Below are positions 41,572 to 50,187 of a stretch of DNA of 64,000 nt, piece after piece; position 1 is the first letter of the stretch; each line of letters begins with the position of its first letter. The DNA comes from Thermoplasmatales archaeon SW_10_69_26 (GTDB taxonomy: Archaea > Thermoplasmatota > SW-10-69-26), in the NCBI GenBank assembly GCA_003009755.1, contig PXUB01000032.1:81672-145671 (forward strand), read 5' to 3'. A program made the translations under genes and the position numbers. Below the pieces are notes generated by a model. That model saw only the letters and a program-made list of their open reading frames with translations, was not told the DNA's origin and searched no databases.

Positions 41572-42267
41572 TCAGGTGACGACCGGGTCGGCGTCGCCGG
41601 GGGCGGTCTCGCCCGCGGTGCGTGTGGCCCGCTCGTAGTAGGCCGCCCAGGAGGTGGCGATCCACGCGATCGCCGGGATCGCGCCCACGATCAGCAAGAT
41701 CAAGCCGCCGACGAGGATCAACAAGGACACCATCAGCAGGCCGAACAGCGACCACGCGTACCCGCCGGTGGCCGCCCAGCTGGCCCGCAACGCGTCGAGA
41801 GGATCCAGCTCGCGGTCGACGATGATGTAGGGCGTGAACGACAGGCGCACCATCGCGACCAGGCCGGGCACGACGAAGAGGACGAGACCGACCGTGACCG
41901 CCAACCCGTAGAGGAGCATCCCGCCCGCGGCCGCGACGTAGCGGCGGAAGCCGGCCAGCAGGTCGTCCAGCTCGGGCTCGAAGCCGCGCACCGCGCGCAG
42001 CGACAGGTAGGCGAGGCCGACGACGAGCGGTCCGGTGACCAGGATCGACCCCAGGGGGCTGATCACGGACACCACCTGCTGGGGGCCGCCGGGGCCGGGA
42101 GGGACGGAGAAGACGTTCGAGAGGGACTCGACGGCCACGTAGATCAAGACGGCCACGATCAGCGTCCAGACGTGGGCCGTCAGCGTGTGCCAACCCTCCT
42201 CCAGCGCGGATCGCACGCTGGGCCGTGCGCGTTCGACCCTGTCGTCGGAGGGCGGCATCGCCGGCAT
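41572..42267 (-). CDS. Integral membrane protein (DUF975-like)
   Basis: Multiple TMs; LFVVPG...PYIIVD...ALRASW..T.G pattern. Confidence 0.72.
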   Translation of the reverse strand: MPAMPPSDDRVERARPSVRSALEEGWHTLTAHVWTLIVAVLIYVAVESLSNVFSVPPGPGGPQQVVSVISPLGSILVTGPLVVGLAYLSLRAVRGFEPELDDLLAGFRRYVAAAGGMLLYGLAVTVGLVLFVVPGLVAMVRLSFTPYIIVDRELDPLDALRASWAATGGYAWSLFGLLMVSLLILVGGLILLIVGAIPAIAWIATSWAAYYERATRTAGETAPGDADPVVT

Positions 42268-42288
42268 GGCGCGGCCTCTTGGACGAGC

Positions 42289-42585
42289 CTAAACGAGATC
42301 GCGCTTGCGCAGGACGTCGGTGATGGAGCTGGCCAGCTCCTCGTCGCGATCGCTGAGGCCGCCGATGTCGTGGCTCCAGGAGGTGATGCGGACCTGGTTG
42401 TACTCCTCGATGTGGAAGTCCGGGTGGTGCATCTGGTCCTCGGCGATCTCGGCCAGCTCGTTGAACAGATCGACGGCCTCGATGAAGTCCTCCGTCTCGA
42501 TCTCGATCTCGATCATCTTGCCGTCGTCGGTGACCGTCCAACCCTCGGGGACCTCGATGTCGACGTCGTGTTCGTGGTGGGCCAT
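42289..42585 (-). CDS. Pterin-4a-carbinolamine dehydratase
   Basis: AEDQMHHPD, SHDIGGLSDRD..LA. Confidence 0.9.
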   Translation of the reverse strand: MAHHEHDVDIEVPEGWTVTDDGKMIEIEIETEDFIEAVDLFNELAEIAEDQMHHPDFHIEEYNQVRITSWSHDIGGLSDRDEELASSITDVLRKRDLV

Positions 42586-42689
42586 CGTTCACCAGCTCGA
42601 CGACCGAAGGGAGCCTGGCGGGATGAAAGTGACGCAGGCCACGATGCGGCCCCGAGGGTCCCCAAGCGGTCTCGAGGACGAACAGCTTG

Positions 42690-42912
42690 CCGCGTCGACG
42701 CGCCCGAGAAGGCCAAGGCCGACAGCCGAACGTTCGCCGCGCGGCTGACGCGCGAGGTGGGCGTCACCGGTGTCGCCGGTGGCAGCTTCCACCACGAGGA
42801 GGGCACGGGCGAGGACCTGAGCCGGTTCCCCTTCGCCGCCAGCGACGACCGCGTGGACGAGGCCGAGGCCAACCTGCGCGAGGGTTTGACCGCCGACAGG
42901 GGACAAGGTTGA
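42690..42912 (+). pseudogene. C-terminal remnant of a class I/II PLP aminotransferase
   Basis: FAARLTREVGVTGVAGGSF...RFPFAASDDRVDEAEANL with no recognisable N-terminal part; left boundary approximate. Confidence 0.6.
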
Positions 42913-42957
42913 AACGACAGATGGGCCTGCGCCCCTGACTCCACGCAGGTGAGATAA

Positions 42958-44769
42958 GTGGCAGGATCGGCGCTCTTCCAGGTTGCCGTCATCAGCGTCC
43001 TCGGCATCGGGGCCTCGTGGATCGCCTCGCGCCTAGGGCTACCCTCGATCCTGCTCCTGCTCTTCGCCGGGTTCCTCGCCGGTCCGATCACCGGCTGGGT
43101 GAAACCCGGTGTCCTCTTCGGCGACCTCCTGTCACCGTTCGTGGGGCTGAGCGTCGCCATCATCCTCTTCGAGGGCGGGTTGTCCTTGCGCGCCGTCGAG
43201 CTCGACGACATCGGGACCCCCGTGCGGAACCTGGTCACGCTCGGCGTCCTGGTGACGTGGGCGATCCTCGCCGCCGCGGCCTACCTCTTCGTCCAGCTTC
43301 CGCTCAACGTCGCGCTCCTGCTGGGCGCGATCCTCACGGTGACCGGACCGACGGTCATCATCCCCCTGTTGCGCCAGATCCGCCCCAAGCAACCCGTCGG
43401 CAACCTCCTCAAGTGGGAGGGGATCTTGATCGACCCGATCGGGGTCATCCTGGCCGTCCTCGTGTTCGAGGCGATCCTCGCTGGCGGGTTCCAGGAGGCT
43501 ACGCAGGTCGTCGCGATCACGATCGGCCAATCGCTGATCGCCGGCTTCGTGATCGGCGGGATCGGCGCTTTCGCCACCTACCTCCTCCTGAAACGTCACT
43601 GGGTCGACGACCACCTCGAGAGCCCCGTCACGCTCGGCATGGTGGTCGCCGTGTTCACGGCCTGCGAGCTCATCCAGGTCGAAAGCGGGCTCGTCGGCGC
43701 CACCGTCATGGGCGCCGTGCTCGCGAACCAGGGCGACGTCGCCAAGCGCCACATCGTCGAGTTCAAGGAGAACCTCCGCGTCCTCCTGATCTCGTTCCTC
43801 TTCATCGTGCTCGCGGCTCGACTGGAGCCGAGCGCGCTCGAGATCGTCGGGCCCGGAAGCCTGGCGTTCCTCGTCGTGCTGTTCGTCGTCGCTCGCCCGG
43901 TCGCGGTCCTGTTGTCGACGATCGGCACCGATCTCGACTGGTCGCAGCGGGCGTTCCTCTCCTCGATGGCCCCCCGCGGCATCGTGGCGGCCTCGATCGC
44001 CAGCGTGTTCGCCCTCGAGCTCGAGGAGGCTGGCGTCCCCGGCGGCGACGAGCTCGTGTCGCTGGCCTTCCTCGCCATCGTCGCCACCGTCGGCGTCTAC
44101 GGTCTCGCCGCCGGCCCGCTGTCCCGCTGGCTGGACATCGGCGACCCCGACCCGCAAGGGATCTTGATCGTCGGCGCCCACGAATGGAGCCGGGACCTCG
44201 CCCTCGAGCTCCGCAAGACCGGCATCCCGGTGCTCCTGATGGACTCCAACGAACGGCGACTGCGGGTCGCCCGCGAGATGGGGCTCGACACCGTGTACGG
44301 CCAAAGCGTCACCGAGCACGTCCTCGAGGAGACCGACTTCTCCGGCATCGGGCACTTCCTCGCGATGACACCCAACGACGAGACCAACCAGCTCACCGTG
44401 CTGAACTTCCGGGAGGTCTTCGACCGCTCGCGCACCTTCCAGCTGGCCCCCGAGACCGACCCGGGCGACCTCGCGACCGATCTGACGGGTCGCATCCTGT
44501 TCGCGGACGACCTCACCTACACGGAGTTCGAGCGCCTCCTCGACGAGGGTTGGGAGATCCAGACGACCCAGGTCCCCCCTGACGCCGGTCAGGGGATGCT
44601 GGAGGCGATCCGCGACAACGGTCATCGCCCACTGATCGTGGTCGACAACGAGGGGCGAACGCATCCGCTCACCCCCGAGGAGCCCTTCAGCCCGGAACCC
44701 GGTGATTGGATCGTGCACATCGCTCCCGGTGGGGCGGAGATCGTGAACCCCTCTGCGGGCCAAACCTGA
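42958..44769 (+). CDS. CPA1 (NhaP-type) cation:proton antiporter with RCK/TrkA-N domain
   Basis: ILFEGG, TGPTV, WEGILIDP and APRGIVAA motifs; C-terminal NAD-binding-like domain. Confidence 0.92.
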   Translation: MAGSALFQVAVISVLGIGASWIASRLGLPSILLLLFAGFLAGPITGWVKPGVLFGDLLSPFVGLSVAIILFEGGLSLRAVELDDIGTPVRNLVTLGVLVTWAILAAAAYLFVQLPLNVALLLGAILTVTGPTVIIPLLRQIRPKQPVGNLLKWEGILIDPIGVILAVLVFEAILAGGFQEATQVVAITIGQSLIAGFVIGGIGAFATYLLLKRHWVDDHLESPVTLGMVVAVFTACELIQVESGLVGATVMGAVLANQGDVAKRHIVEFKENLRVLLISFLFIVLAARLEPSALEIVGPGSLAFLVVLFVVARPVAVLLSTIGTDLDWSQRAFLSSMAPRGIVAASIASVFALELEEAGVPGGDELVSLAFLAIVATVGVYGLAAGPLSRWLDIGDPDPQGILIVGAHEWSRDLALELRKTGIPVLLMDSNERRLRVAREMGLDTVYGQSVTEHVLEETDFSGIGHFLAMTPNDETNQLTVLNFREVFDRSRTFQLAPETDPGDLATDLTGRILFADDLTYTEFERLLDEGWEIQTTQVPPDAGQGMLEAIRDNGHRPLIVVDNEGRTHPLTPEEPFSPEPGDWIVHIAPGGAEIVNPSAGQT

Positions 44770-44808
44770 AACGACGAGGCTGCCTGACGCCGCTGGTCGG
44801 CACCACCG

Positions 44809-46590
44809 ATGGCCGGCGATCTGCTCGTCTCCCTGGTTTTGATCCTCGTCGCCGGCGTCGGAGCCTCGTGGCTGGCCTGGCGGCTCGAGCTCCCCTCGAT
44901 CCTGCTGCTCCTCGTCACGGGGTTCCTGATCGGCCCCGTCGCGGGCTGGCTGCACCCCGACCAACTGTTCGGGGATCTGTTGTTGCCGGTCGTCTCGTTC
45001 TCGGTCGCCGTCATCCTCTTCGAAGGCGGGCTCACCCTCCAGACGATCGAGCTCGAGGAGGTCGGCAGCGTCGTCCGCAACCTCGTCACCGTCGGCGTCC
45101 TCGTCACCTGGGCCGTGACCACGGCGGGCGCCTACCTGTTGCTCGACCTCGGGTTGAACCTCTCCCTGCTCCTGGGAGCGATCCTCGTCGTGACGGGACC
45201 CACCGTCATCATCCCGCTTTTGCGCCATCTGCGCCCGAAGGCCAACGTCTCGACCACGCTCAAGTGGGAGGGGATCTTGATCGACCCGATCGGGGTCATC
45301 CTGAGCGTCGGGGTGTTCCGGGCGATCCTCGCCGGCGGCCTCACGGCGTCCGGCTTCGCCCTCGTCTACACGATCGCGAAAGCGCTCGCCATCGGGGTGG
45401 TTTTCGGCATCGGGGGAGCCATCCTGACCTACGTGGCCCTCAAGCGGAACTGGGTTCCCGACGTCCTGCACAGCCCGATGACGCTGGCCGTCGTCGGCGT
45501 GGTGTTCGTGAGCGCCGAGACCCTCCAACCCGAGGCGGGCCTGGTGGCCGCGACCGTCATGGGGGCCGTGCTCGCCAATCGCGAGGACTTCGCCAAGCGT
45601 CACATCATGGAGTTCAAGGAGACGCTGCGCACCCTGCTCATCGGGTTCCTGTTCATCGTGCTCGCGGCCCGACTGGACCTGTCCGACCTCAGCGTCGTCG
45701 GGCCCTCATCGCTTGTGTTCCTCGCCGTCCTGTTCTTCCTCGCCCGGCCGCTGGCCGTCTGGGTGTCCACGATCGGATCCGATCTCGACTGGCGCGAGCG
45801 GACGTTCCTGACCACGATGGCGCCCCGCGGCATCGTGGCCGCCGCCATCGCGTCGGTGTTCGCTCTCCAGCTCGTGGAACGGGGCTATCCTGGGGCCGAC
45901 CGGTTGGTCGCGATCACGTTCCTCGTCATCGTGGCGACCGTCGGCGTTTACGGGTTCGTCGCCGGCCCGATCGGACGCCGGCTGGGCGTGGCGGAGCCGA
46001 ACCCGCAGGGCGTGTTGATCGTCGGTGCCCAGCGGTGGGCCCGCGAGATGGCCACCACGCTGCAGGGCCTCGGGTTGCGCATCCTCTTGGTGGACACGAA
46101 CCGGCACAACTTGCGGGCCGCCCGCAGCAAAGGGCTGGACACGCACGCCGGCAACAGCCTCGACCGCGGCATGCTGGACGACGTCGACTTCGCGGGCCTC
46201 GGGCACTTGCTCGCGGTCACGCCCAACGACGAGGTGAACTCCTTGACGGTCCTCCACTTCCAGGAGATCTTCGAGCGGTCGAACACCTACCAGCTGACCG
46301 CCAGCGAGGCCGAGGAACGCGATGCCCACGTTCCGCTGAAGCTCCGTGGCCGTGTCCTCTTCGACGAGACGGTCACCGGCGAGGGTCTGCGCGACCTCGT
46401 GCGCGAGGGCTGGACGTTCCACGCCCGGGAGGTCGAGGAGAGCGAGGAGCTGGAGGGCTTCGGGACCGGACCCTATCCGCTGTTCGTCTACACCGCCGAC
46501 GGGCGCCTTCGCCCGATCACGTCCGACAACACCCCCACGCCCGAAGCCGGCGACCGCGTGATCGAGCTCCGGTCCCCCGACGATCAGTAG
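44809..46590 (+). CDS. Second CPA1 antiporter with RCK domain (tandem paralog)
   Basis: Same motifs as the upstream gene; shared nucleotide block CTCAAGTGGGAGGGGATCTTGATCGACCCGATCGGGGTCATCCTG. Confidence 0.92.
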   Translation: MAGDLLVSLVLILVAGVGASWLAWRLELPSILLLLVTGFLIGPVAGWLHPDQLFGDLLLPVVSFSVAVILFEGGLTLQTIELEEVGSVVRNLVTVGVLVTWAVTTAGAYLLLDLGLNLSLLLGAILVVTGPTVIIPLLRHLRPKANVSTTLKWEGILIDPIGVILSVGVFRAILAGGLTASGFALVYTIAKALAIGVVFGIGGAILTYVALKRNWVPDVLHSPMTLAVVGVVFVSAETLQPEAGLVAATVMGAVLANREDFAKRHIMEFKETLRTLLIGFLFIVLAARLDLSDLSVVGPSSLVFLAVLFFLARPLAVWVSTIGSDLDWRERTFLTTMAPRGIVAAAIASVFALQLVERGYPGADRLVAITFLVIVATVGVYGFVAGPIGRRLGVAEPNPQGVLIVGAQRWAREMATTLQGLGLRILLVDTNRHNLRAARSKGLDTHAGNSLDRGMLDDVDFAGLGHLLAVTPNDEVNSLTVLHFQEIFERSNTYQLTASEAEERDAHVPLKLRGRVLFDETVTGEGLRDLVREGWTFHAREVEESEELEGFGTGPYPLFVYTADGRLRPITSDNTPTPEAGDRVIELRSPDDQ

Positions 46591-48788
46591 GCCAACCGCT
46601 CGAAGATCCGCCGGACGAACCCGGCCTCGCGGTCGCCCGAGTCGACGATCAACAGCGGCGCATCGATCTGGCGGATCTGATCGCTCGAGAGGTTCTCGAT
46701 CCCGGCGCTGAACCCCGACGTGCGGCGTGAGCCGATGACGAGCGAGGCCTCCTTGATCGCGTCCGGGAGCTCGGTCCAGTCCTCGTCCACGCGCACGATC
46801 CGCGTGTCGGTCGAGACCTCGCAGAGGTCGGCCAGCTCGTCACCGTAGGCGTACAGCGAGGCCTCGCGCTGCTCGGCGAGCTCGTCCTCGGCGACGAGCA
46901 GGAACCGGATCGAGGCGCCGGTGGACTTCGCGATCGCGTTCGCCATCTGCACCTTCGTCGGATCGAGCGGTCCTCGGCCGGTGACCACCTCGACCAGCTC
47001 GAGGTCCGGCCAGCTGTCGCCGGGCCCGTGGCGGAGGAGGATCGTGTTCACCGAGCGAGCCTCGCCGTCGTACGTCCAGCTCACGATCGGGTTCCGGCCG
47101 CGGTCGTCGGCCTCGGCCACCACGAGCCCGATGTTGTGACTCTCGACGTAGTTCCGTAGCGCCCGACGCCGGTCGTGGCTGACGACCTCGCCGATGGTGA
47201 CGTCGATCTCCCTCCCCTCGGCGATGCGCCCCACCCGCTCCTCGAAGGCGATGTCCTCCGGCGTCTGGTCGCGCGCGGCCAGATCCAGCGACAGCTGATC
47301 GGGCACCTCTTCGAACGCGAGGATCCGGATGTCCGTCTCGGCACCGTCTCGCACGTCGTGGGCCAGCTGGAGGAGATCTTTTAACCGCTGGTCGGGGATC
47401 GTCTCCTCCACCGCGATCAGGACCTCGGCCGGCCGCTGGGCCGATATCTCCGTCTCGGCCTCCTCCAGGTGGATCGAGCGTGCCCCCCGGCGGATGGCGT
47501 CCCGACCCACGCCCTCGCGCTTGGTGCGATCGCGAGCGTAGAACTGGTAGTAGGCGGTCCCGGCGAGGATCAGGCCGACGGCGCCGACGAACGGGACGAC
47601 GCCCATCTGGGTCAGCAGGACGATCCCGCCGACGATCCCGACGAGCTGGACCCACGGGTACAACGGGGAGCGGAAGCTGGGTTCGTACCACTCGGCCTCG
47701 CCTTCCCGCATCGCGATCAGCGCGACGTTGATGAACACGAAGACGAGGATCTTGAACGCGCTCGCGAGCTTCGCGAGCTCGACGACGGGGATCGTGGCGA
47801 TCAACAACAACAGGAGGGTGCCGGTCACCGAGATCGCTGCCACGGGCGTCCGGAACTTGTCGCTGATCTTCTGGAGACCGTCGGGAGCCAGTTTGTCGCG
47901 GCTCATCGCCAGCGGGTAGCGCGAGGAGGACAGCAGGCCGGCGTTGGCCATCCCGGTCAACGCCAGCACCGCCGTCACCGCGATGACGACGACCCCGGTC
48001 CGCCCGAGGAACGCCCCGGCGGCGTCCGCCATCGGGGTCAGGGACTTGCTGATCGAGCCCGGCTCGACGACGCCCACGATGACCGTCACGATGAGCGCGT
48101 AGACCACCATCATGATCGCGATCGAGCCCAGGATCCCGAGCGGGATGTTCCGACCGGGGTCCTCCACCTCCTCGGCGACGCTGGCGATCTTGGTCACGCC
48201 AGCGTAGGATACGAACACGAACCCGGTCGCCCCCAGCAGGCCGCCCAGCCCCTTCTTGAAGATGGGGTCGAAGCTGCCGACCGTGATCGACATGCTGCCG
48301 GTGGCGATGAACCACATCAGGACGGCCAGGACGCCGGACACGATGGCCGCCTGCAAGGTGCCGGTCTGCTTGACACCGAAGATGTTCAACGCGATCAGGC
48401 CCGCACCCAGCGCGAGCGCGACGAGTTTCGTCGGCAGCGCCGCGAAGAGCACGAGGTAGGCGCCGAGCCCGACGAGCGCGAACGCGGACTTGAACGTCAA
48501 CGAGAACCAGACCCCGATGCCGGACAAGGTGCCCATGAAGGGCCCCATCGCCCGGTCGATGTAGAGGTAGGTCCCGCCGGCTTCCGGCAGCGCGGTCGCC
48601 ATCTCGGCTTTCGAGAGGGCAGCGGGCAGCGCGATCAGGCCCGCCAAGACGTAGGCGATCATGACCGCCGGGCCGGCCATCTTCGTGGCCAGCCCCGGCA
48701 GGACGAAGATCCCGCTTCCGAGCATGGCCCCGATGCTGATCGTCAGCGTCGCGTAGAGGCCGAGATCGCGTTCGAGTTCCTTGCCCAT
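46584..48788 (-). CDS. APC-family permease with C-terminal USP-like domains
   Basis: GAMLGSGIFVLPG, GGTY, EEVEDPGRNIP and SRYPLAMSRD motifs. Confidence 0.9.
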   Translation of the reverse strand: MGKELERDLGLYATLTISIGAMLGSGIFVLPGLATKMAGPAVMIAYVLAGLIALPAALSKAEMATALPEAGGTYLYIDRAMGPFMGTLSGIGVWFSLTFKSAFALVGLGAYLVLFAALPTKLVALALGAGLIALNIFGVKQTGTLQAAIVSGVLAVLMWFIATGSMSITVGSFDPIFKKGLGGLLGATGFVFVSYAGVTKIASVAEEVEDPGRNIPLGILGSIAIMMVVYALIVTVIVGVVEPGSISKSLTPMADAAGAFLGRTGVVVIAVTAVLALTGMANAGLLSSSRYPLAMSRDKLAPDGLQKISDKFRTPVAAISVTGTLLLLLIATIPVVELAKLASAFKILVFVFINVALIAMREGEAEWYEPSFRSPLYPWVQLVGIVGGIVLLTQMGVVPFVGAVGLILAGTAYYQFYARDRTKREGVGRDAIRRGARSIHLEEAETEISAQRPAEVLIAVEETIPDQRLKDLLQLAHDVRDGAETDIRILAFEEVPDQLSLDLAARDQTPEDIAFEERVGRIAEGREIDVTIGEVVSHDRRRALRNYVESHNIGLVVAEADDRGRNPIVSWTYDGEARSVNTILLRHGPGDSWPDLELVEVVTGRGPLDPTKVQMANAIAKSTGASIRFLLVAEDELAEQREASLYAYGDELADLCEVSTDTRIVRVDEDWTELPDAIKEASLVIGSRRTSGFSAGIENLSSDQIRQIDAPLLIVDSGDREAGFVRRIFERLAY

Positions 48789-48935
48789 GGCGGACGAGCC
48801 CGTGCTCCTCCGACCCCGCAGCGGCGCGCCCTGCATAAGCCGTGGAGGTTCGTCCAGCATTTGTGCTAGACCGCGAACCCGCGCCTGGCGCCCATCCGAG
48901 GTTGTTTCCGGGTCGACCGGCTAGGCGGCCCAAGC

Positions 48936-49205
48936 ATGGCCGAGATGCCCCTCTACGAGGCCATCGTCCGCACCGCGGTCGCCCTGCTGAGCATCTTCCT
49001 GTTCGGCGTCGTCTACGTCGCCTGGCGCCGGCGCCCGACCGCGAGGATGCGCTGGGTGCTGGCGGCGTTCGCGATCTTCCTGGCCGAGGGCCTGGTCCTG
49101 CTCTACGAGGTCTTCGTCCAGGACACGAGCCTCACGGAGAGCATCTTCTACCTCTTCCAGTTCGCCGAGCTCGTGGTTCTCTCGATCGCGGTCCTCCGCC
49201 GGTGA
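48936..49205 (+). CDS. Small 3-TM membrane protein
   Basis: Three hydrophobic helices; 4 bp upstream of the HTH regulator gene. Confidence 0.7.
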   Translation: MAEMPLYEAIVRTAVALLSIFLFGVVYVAWRRRPTARMRWVLAAFAIFLAEGLVLLYEVFVQDTSLTESIFYLFQFAELVVLSIAVLRR

Positions 49206-49209
49206 CACC

Positions 49210-49764
49210 GTGAGCCAGCCCCCTCTCGACCTGGACGTCCGCCGACGCATCTACGGGCGCATCCGAGAGGACCCCGGCCTGCACCTGCGCGAGCTGAGCC
49301 GCGCGCTCGACGTCCCCCTGTCGACGCTCCGCCACCACCTCGACGTCTTGGAGGAGGCCGACGTCGTCACGGTCGAAAGCGAGGGCACGTTCAAGCGCTA
49401 CTTTCCGGCCGAGGACCTCTCGGAGGGGGACAAAAGCCTCCTGTCCGTCCTCCGCCGGGAGAAACCACGCGCGATCCTGTTGGACCTTCTCGCGCACGGG
49501 GGCGAGGCTCGCTACGGAGAGCTCGAGGACAGCCTCGGGTACCCCGCGAGCACGCTGGGCATGTACCTCAAGGAGCTCCGCGAGCGCGGCCTGGTCGACC
49601 GCCAGCCCGTGGGACGGACGAGCGTCTACCGCGTCGTGGACGAACGCCGCCTGCACCGGCTGCTCGTCACCTACGAGGAGAGCTTCTACGACGCCTGGGT
49701 CGACCGCGTCCTCGAGATCGTCGAGGAGATCAACTCCAAGGAGGAGGAGCCGGACGACGAGTGA
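49210..49764 (+). CDS. Double winged-HTH transcriptional regulator
   Basis: PGLHLRELSR...STLRHHL and a second STLGMYLKEL HTH. Confidence 0.85.
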   Translation: MSQPPLDLDVRRRIYGRIREDPGLHLRELSRALDVPLSTLRHHLDVLEEADVVTVESEGTFKRYFPAEDLSEGDKSLLSVLRREKPRAILLDLLAHGGEARYGELEDSLGYPASTLGMYLKELRERGLVDRQPVGRTSVYRVVDERRLHRLLVTYEESFYDAWVDRVLEIVEEINSKEEEPDDE

Positions 49765-49896
49765 GAGACGACGGGCGGGCCTGCCGGCCTGGGGAAGCTC
49801 GGGCCGGCCCCCCTGAGGGTCTCCGCCAGCGTACGTGTCAGAGGGCCCAGATCCCTGGCCCGATAGACGACGGGGCGATGTCCGCCAACCGGAATA

Positions 49897-50080
49897 GACT
49901 GCCGGACGTGTTTTGCTTAAGCTCTCGCGCCGGTCTCGGCAGACCGGGCACGGTCTTCCGAGAGTACGGGCGCCAAGCCCGTGCGAATGAGCGAGGCAAG
50001 GTCGCGGAGCCCGAGGAAGGAAACCCCCTGTGGGTTTTCGACGGAGGGCGACAACGAGATTGCCCGCCTCAGACCGGCGC
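49897..50080. mobile_element. MITE-like element, copy 3 (truncated, one end only)
   Basis: TA + GACTGCCGGACGTGTTTTGCTTAAGCTCTCGC. Closely matches the reverse complement of copy 2 with an internal deletion; similarity ends at AGACCGGCGC. Confidence 0.88.
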
Positions 50081-50187
50081 CTTCTGGGCATCTTCGAGGG
50101 GCTCGGGTTCTGAACCCCGCTCGACCGACGGCCTGCCGCCGACAGCGTCTTCGCCCTCCGGGAACCGGCCGTCCCATCTGGGTCCCG

